From NCBI GenBank assembly GCA_965197745.1, contig CBDANS010000001.1:1-33631 (forward strand): DNA of 33,631 nt, given 5' to 3'. This DNA comes from Opitutales bacterium. Its GTDB lineage: Bacteria; Verrucomicrobiota; Verrucomicrobiia; Opitutales; PNEW01. Shown here piece by piece: positions 27,707 through 33,631 of the stretch (position 1 is its first letter; each line of letters opens with the position of its first letter). The notes under the pieces were generated by a model. It did not search any database. It was given only the letters and a program-made list of their open reading frames with translations, and was not told the origin of the DNA. The translations under genes and the position numbers were made by a program.

Positions 27707-29928
27707 ATGATGATAAAAAGATCGGTTACTTTCTTTGTTCTCTCGGTCTTATTCCCGCTTCTTCTCATTGCTCTGCCTCAAGACCAGGAAATATTCATTG
27801 ATTTCGAAAGTGTAAGTGGTGAGGACACTATCTTCGTTGGCGAGGAGCCAAACGTGATTACACTGGTTGGTTTCACGGTGGAAACATTAGAGGATCCCGC
27901 TCAACTCCATTCGGGAACGAAGGCATTAACCCTGGGTCCTGGACAGGAGGGTAGAATTGTCTCTTCAAGAGGGATTCAGTTTCTTGAATTTTATGCGGCC
28001 GAAACGACGGGTGGTGGTAAATTTGAGATAAGAGGACAACTCAATTTAGGTGGGGAAGGTGGAGATGCTAAAATTGGCACTATCATCGGCGACGATAGTG
28101 TTATTGAAGGGCTGCCGACCAATATCAGCCCGGGAGCCAATCCCCCCTTATACAGCTTTGTCGCAGACAGTGGGGTTTTCCTGGATGAAGATGATTTTAA
28201 CTTTCTCGCCGGTATCACAGAAGTAAAATTTCTGGAGGTTACGGGGAAACTCGTGCTCGACGACCTGGGGTTTACCCTGACCGAATTCCCATCAAACAAT
28301 ACTGTTTACACCACTTTTGATGAATTGGGTCCGGGTGAAGGACAGTTAGAACCCTTGATCGTTGGGACTTCTCCCAATACTGCTTCTTTTGATGGCGGTT
28401 TAACGATTGCTATATTTTCAGGTAATAACAATTACGTGCGCTCATTCTCAACTGCTTATGCAGTATTTAATGGCGGAGAGGCAACCATCACCTTTGAAAC
28501 CCCAGCTTATGAAGTAGATTTTTTCGGCGCTCAAAGTGTGAGCTCATCCCAGAGCGATCCCGATGGTTCAGTCGAAGTCTACGATACGAACGATAACTTA
28601 CTAGCAACTTTTACGAATTTAGATGGGATTCTTCGCCCTGAGTTCAAGCCCAGTTTTTTAACGATTAATGCGGTTGAATTAGGAGCCCCGGGTGGCATAA
28701 AGAGGTTGGTCTTGAAGGATGATGAAAATATCAATCCTTCTTTCAGTCGCGCTTCAATTGACGATTTTGGTTTTACCCCGATCGGCGCCCCAGGCACAGG
28801 ATCCGATGGTCCCCCACCCGCTGATGCGCCGGCGATCACCTCCCAGCCGGCGAGCCAAGAAGTTGCAGCCGGCGCCTCGACAAGCTTGTCCGTTGCCTCC
28901 AGCGGTAATGATCTCACTTACCAGTGGTATACCGGTAACAGCGGTGACACGGCAGCCCCCGTCCCCGTTGCAACCGGCAGCACTTTAGACACCGGCGCTC
29001 TCACCGCGAACACCAACTTCTGGGTACAGATAACCAACGCCAGCGGTAGTGCTGACAGCGATACTGCAGTTATCACTGTGGCCGCCCTTCGGTGCCTCTC
29101 GTTCTCGACGGTTCAGGAGACATCGCAGGAGAAAATATCCAGCATCCTAATGGTAATGTATTTGACCAGATTTTGTTAACCGGAGAGTCCATTCAGCTCC
29201 AAGCCAGACCGGGACAAATCACAAGGGTTTCCTTCATGGATGAAACCGAAGACATTGTACAGGTTGAGTTCTCAGGTGCAGGGACCTTTACCGTAACTCT
29301 GGATCCGGCAACCTTTCTGCCCCCGGCCATTCCTCCACGCTACAACCAGGCCGTAGAGTATGTTACGGGCAAACCGAGCGTGGTTATCGATGGTGCCGAC
29401 TCCAGTACCTTCTTCAGCATCTTCACGGTGGGATCGATCAATGCCGTGAACCAGGCGCTGTTCCCCGAAGGACAGGTCTATGATGCCCAAGCGGACGTGA
29501 CCCTCGTTGAAGTGATCAACTCCACGGGCATGGGCGGCATGCAGTTATCGAACGCCGCGTTCAGTGGAAGTACCGGCAAGGTCGGTGTCGATGCGCGCGG
29601 AGTACCGATCGCGGTACGATTAACGGTCGGCGACATCGATGCCGATGGCGATGCAGTACCACACTTACTATTTGGCTCAGGTTCCTTCACGGTTCCCGCG
29701 GGCAACCCCGGGTTGCGTATCACCGGTGGTGACCTATTGCAAACCAACGGTGCCGCAGTCGTAGTCGCGGAGAGTGGTTCGACTACGACCGGGTTTGAAA
29801 CTCTGATCACGCAGAATAATTTTAAATCGGACAACACGCCTCAGCCGACACTGAGCATTGATGCCACTTTTGCAAACGAAGACGGGGATGAAGTCGCAGT
29901 GACGACAGAAGAGCTTACAATTGAGTGA
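27707..29928 (+). CDS. Secreted acidic beta-rich protein with an Ig-like domain; single frameshift near 29086
   Basis: Signal peptide, and an Ig domain PAITSQPASQ.V..G....LSV......TYQWY. Adding one C in GCCGCCCTTCG joins ORF 27707 to ORF 29092-29928 (~740 aa). Confidence 0.75.
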
Positions 29929-30240
29929 ACCGTTGGACCGGAAAACCTGAAAACCGGAAGACAAGAAAGCCAGAGAACCGTAGGCAAATTATGAATTAAT
30001 ATTTGTGGTGCTGTCGCCGTGTTTGGGTGTTAAGTAAAAGGGTTCGGGGTTCAGGTTCAGGAAAAGATTTAAAAAAGATAGGAATTTACCCTTTCCTTTA
30101 ACCTATAGCCATCACCGAAAAGGTAAACCATGAATGATGAAGAATTTAAAAACGCCATCAAAAATGCGATCAATCAGGAAAGTGGTCTGTAACCTGAAAG
30201 CTCAATCAATTTATTTTAGAATCTATTTCTGCAAATAAGA

Positions 30241-32827
30241 TTAAGTTGCAGAAGGTATTTGACGATTCTCAAACCTACTCAGCCATTCTTTTAACTTTAC
30301 CAATTCTTCACCCAGTGTATCGGGATCAGGGATCGGAACGGGAGTCTCATTTGATTGGGAATGTTCATATTGTGAAAACTTTGTCATCATATCATCGATA
30401 AATTTGCAGTCTTCGAGTGTAATTTTGGAGAGTTTCATAATTTTCCCCTTTGTCATGATATCTCGACGAAAACGTTGAACCACATCTGCTAAAAGGTCAT
30501 TTTCTACCATTCGCTCAATTAAAATTCTAATATCACTACAAAATGATTTAGCTTCAACCTTATATGCATCCCACCCTTCATTCTTTAGTTTTTTTCGAAG
30601 TCTAGCCAATCGTTCACCCGCATAGCGGTTTAACACTTTTTTGGGCTTTTTTATCTCAGATGGAGCATCTCGTGGCACGCCGATTCTCGATCCTTCTCGC
30701 CCTATTGCGACAACTTCTAAATCAACATTCTCCTTCTTAGCATAAAGCTCAAAAAGTGCCAACATTGAAAGCCGGTGGGTAAAAACAATGGTTTGATTAG
30801 ACTTTGCTAGTTGAACTAACCTTTTCGTAGTAGCCTCTTCAAAATCTTGATCAAGAGATGAAATAGGATCGTCGAATACAACTGGAGTTGACCCATTATG
30901 CCCAAGAATATCGGCAATGAATGCTGCGAGTGATACTATTCGAAATTCACCTTCACTAAGAATGTCTCCAGCTTTATGATTTATTACACTATTCTCAAGA
31001 TTAACTTGGTGCCAGACTTTACCCTTTTCGGTTCTCGTTTTTTCTAACTTTACAGGTATTTGATGAGCAGATAATTTAGAAAGTTCACTTTTAAATCTAC
31101 TTATAAAAGCATCAGTAACAAGGAAATTGGCAAGAGAGGATTTTTTGTTAGATAGAGCTGTCGTGCTAGTGAGTCGCTTAGCTTTTTCAAGCAGTTTGAT
31201 TTCTTTTTGGCGATTAACATCTTTTAAAATCGCATCATGTTGTTCACTCATCCATTTCTTAGCCTTTAACTCTCTCTCACGAGCTACAAGTTTTTCTCTC
31301 TCTTTAATGTCAGCTTGCTTTTCAATACTAGTAGCAGAACTTTCAAGCTCTCTTTTTCGATCATATAGAAATTGAAGATTTTCGATTGAAGAAATAGTTG
31401 GGAGTTCGTTATCCGCAACACCCTCAATCATTTTGTCACGTCGACATATAGCAACGCTGTACCAATCAATTATCGTTTTCTTTTCATTTTCGTCCTGTAT
31501 TGAGCACGCAGAGAGTGCTTTTTCAATATCCTTTTCGCTTGGTAGTTCTTTAAGTTCGGTAATTTTTTTTTATTAAAGTATTTTCTGCTATTTGAGCCTG
31601 TTTCTGGAGTGTATCGTTTACGAATTCTTCAAATGTTTTAAAACGTTTTTTAGCATCATCATTCAAAGACTGCTGACAGAGTACGCAAAGTGCATCACTA
31701 TTCACGTTCGGGAATGTTTCATTTGGATAAGCTTTCTGTTCAGAAAAAAGGCGCGCTGCTTTCCACAATTCAAGCCACACATCTGACCCTATCCCATCGA
31801 GCGGTGCGGAAGCAAATGCATTCTCAGCAGCAACTTTCACTACATTTTTCTTGGTAGCAACCGCAGTAAAAAGCTCTCTAAACTCAATTGTTCCTGTTTC
31901 ATTGATTGCATCATTTATATTTTTAATATCACCAAGGAGATTTTCAATTTGTATTACAACATTTCTATATTTAAGAGCTTCTTTTATTGGTTCATTGACA
32001 GCTAGATGAGAAGTACATTCTTGAAGTTCAATTTGTTCATTATCTGTCCACTGTGTTTTTTCATCAATATCAACATCAGTTGTATCACAGCTAATGTTAG
32101 CGAACCATCTTTCAGAAATAGTTCCATCTAACTCATGTGGGATCGATGGTTTCGAGCTTGGTTTTTTTGAAATTTCAGTATCCAACTTAGTTTCGAGCTT
32201 GCCACATGCGAAAACTAGATCGGAAAAAAAACCTAACAAATCAGGTTCGATCGCTACTTCATTCTCTTTTGAAACATAGACCCGAGAGCATGCCGTGTCG
32301 AAAATCTCTACAGGTAAGAGTTCTTCAATTCGTCCCGTTTCAGTTGTGAACTCTTTTTCAAATTTGTTATCATTTATATCGTATTTGATTGTCGCTTTTT
32401 GCTTTGCGTTTGTTGAATCAAATGTATTCCCTAGGAGTCGGCCTATCTCTCGAGCACCACAAGCATGCTTAAGTATTCTAACATACCCAGACTTTCCAGA
32501 TCCACTTCCGCCATAAATCAGACAAAGGTTAGTTTTGCCAAACTCAAGTGGCCGCTTTGGTGCAAGAGCATTAATACCCTCAATATTGGCAATTTGATTT
32601 AACCGTAGATTGGCTGTACTACTGGTCTGAGTAACAAAATCGCTTTTATGTAAAGGAGAAGGATCTTTAGGATCACCAGGTGAAATATCGATTCCAGCTT
32701 GTTTTTTACACAATACTAATAGCACGTCTAAGTCTGATCCAAACCAGGATCCATTTTTCAACAATCTATTTATACCTTCCTGTATCCATAAAGGCTGCCT
32801 AGAAAACCAAGTTGGTAATCTAACCAT
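30241..32827 (-). CDS. Rad50/SMC-like (AAA_13/RloC-like) ABC ATPase with zinc hook; frameshift at an A9 run
   Basis: Walker A GGSGSGKS, CVLCQQ hook, LSEGE signature, VVFDDPISSLD and VFTHR. Removing one base from the T9 at 31563-31571 fuses both ORFs (~860 aa). Confidence 0.82.
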
Positions 32828-32841
32828 TGGAGATATGATAT

Positions 32842-32889
32842 TGATCGAACTCCTTTATTCGTACCAGTTTGAGTGAGAGAGTTACCGGG
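32842..32889 (-). mobile_element. Orphan IS3-type right end
   Basis: TGATCGAACTCCTTTATTCGTACCAGTTTGAGTGAGAGAGTTACCGGG; homolog of 25498-25546. Confidence 0.65.
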
Positions 32890-32891
32890 TG

Positions 32892-33631
32892 TGACCTGCA
32901 CCTGTTTACTGTATCAGAGCCAGTGGGAGATCCGGCAGGGGGTAAGGGTTTTCATTTGCTTAGACATAACTCAGAGAACTATGAGGTCTTTGAGTATTAT
33001 AATCAAGCCGCAAGGATTCATGCTTTTCTTTCGCTTCAGCCAGCGTACAAAATAGCTCGGTGTTAAGAAGTTTATCGTGTAAGCGTCCATTTAAACTCTC
33101 GATATAACCATTTTCTACGGGTTTGCCTTGGCAGATAAATCCAGCTCAATGCCATGGCCGTAAGCCCTCTGATCCAGTAATTTGCCTGCAAACTCGAAGC
33201 TATTATCGACGGTAATGATTTTGGGAAGACTGATCCTTTCAGTGGCTTTCTTAAGTGCGGCGCCGACTTTGCGTCCACCGATAGTTGTATAGGCCACAAG
33301 CAGTGGGCAAGCATGAGTGTAATGACTTAAAACGAACGGCGAAGCATGCGGAAGGGACGGCCGTTGGCCAGCTGATCACTCATAAAGTCCATCGACCAAC
33401 ACAACTGCATCAACCCGAACGTCCGGCGCTTGCTAACCTAATGGGTTTCCACTAACCACTAAGCAATCACCCTCTTGCCCATTGGTTTTATAACTTTTTT
33501 GCGATTACTTCCTACACCATGTAATTGTCCAGACTCAGATTAGCTACCCGCTTCTTTAAAATATTGTTCTCTTCGTCAAGTTGCTTCAACCGTCTTAACT
33601 CACTCAATCCCAAGCCTGGGTATTTTCCTTT
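32892..33631 (-). mobile_element. Degraded IS3-family element (runs off the window)
   Basis: OrfA tail ELRRLKQLDEENNILK and OrfB WSMDFMSDQLANGRPFR, ITVDNSFEF, with stops and frameshifts. The end is TGACCTGCACC at 32892. Confidence 0.85.

Noticed and set aside
32958..32986. dif-like XerD arm TTATGTCTAAG on the minus strand
   Set aside because: There is no XerC-like arm, and it lies within decayed IS3 orfB (RPHSSL region).

Overview
A 33.6-kb AT-rich accessory region rich in IS elements and pseudogenes. The host is bacterial, and the protein types loosely suggest Verrucomicrobiota/Opitutales (inference only). The left third looks like a stack of related integrase-less elements. It has a decayed copy (85-1150, split by an IS1595) and an intact copy (3261-4217) of one hypothetical gene, then an excisionase-like HTH gene, a frameshifted wHTH/Rep-like gene and an iteron-like origin (5x11 bp, then 4x15 bp AT-rich). 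Two directly repeated XerC/XerD dif-like sites (6866-6893, 9841-9868) follow, each inside a conserved ~500-600 bp non-coding block. The middle is an intact 7-gene PadR-led MacB/ADOP-type tripartite export operon (3 paralogous permeases, MFP, ATPase, TolC) between two diverged copies of one IS3-family element. Both IS3 copies carry an identical 34-nt block with two GCGAAGC mini-hairpins, right after the catalytic DNG motif, and a related 20-nt insert sits at the frameshift site of copy 1. The right third holds a GNAT, TauD and ankyrin remnants, a frameshifted secreted Ig-domain protein, a frameshifted Rad50/RloC-like zinc-hook ATPase and several IS3 remnants. No rRNA, tRNA or CRISPR array was seen.
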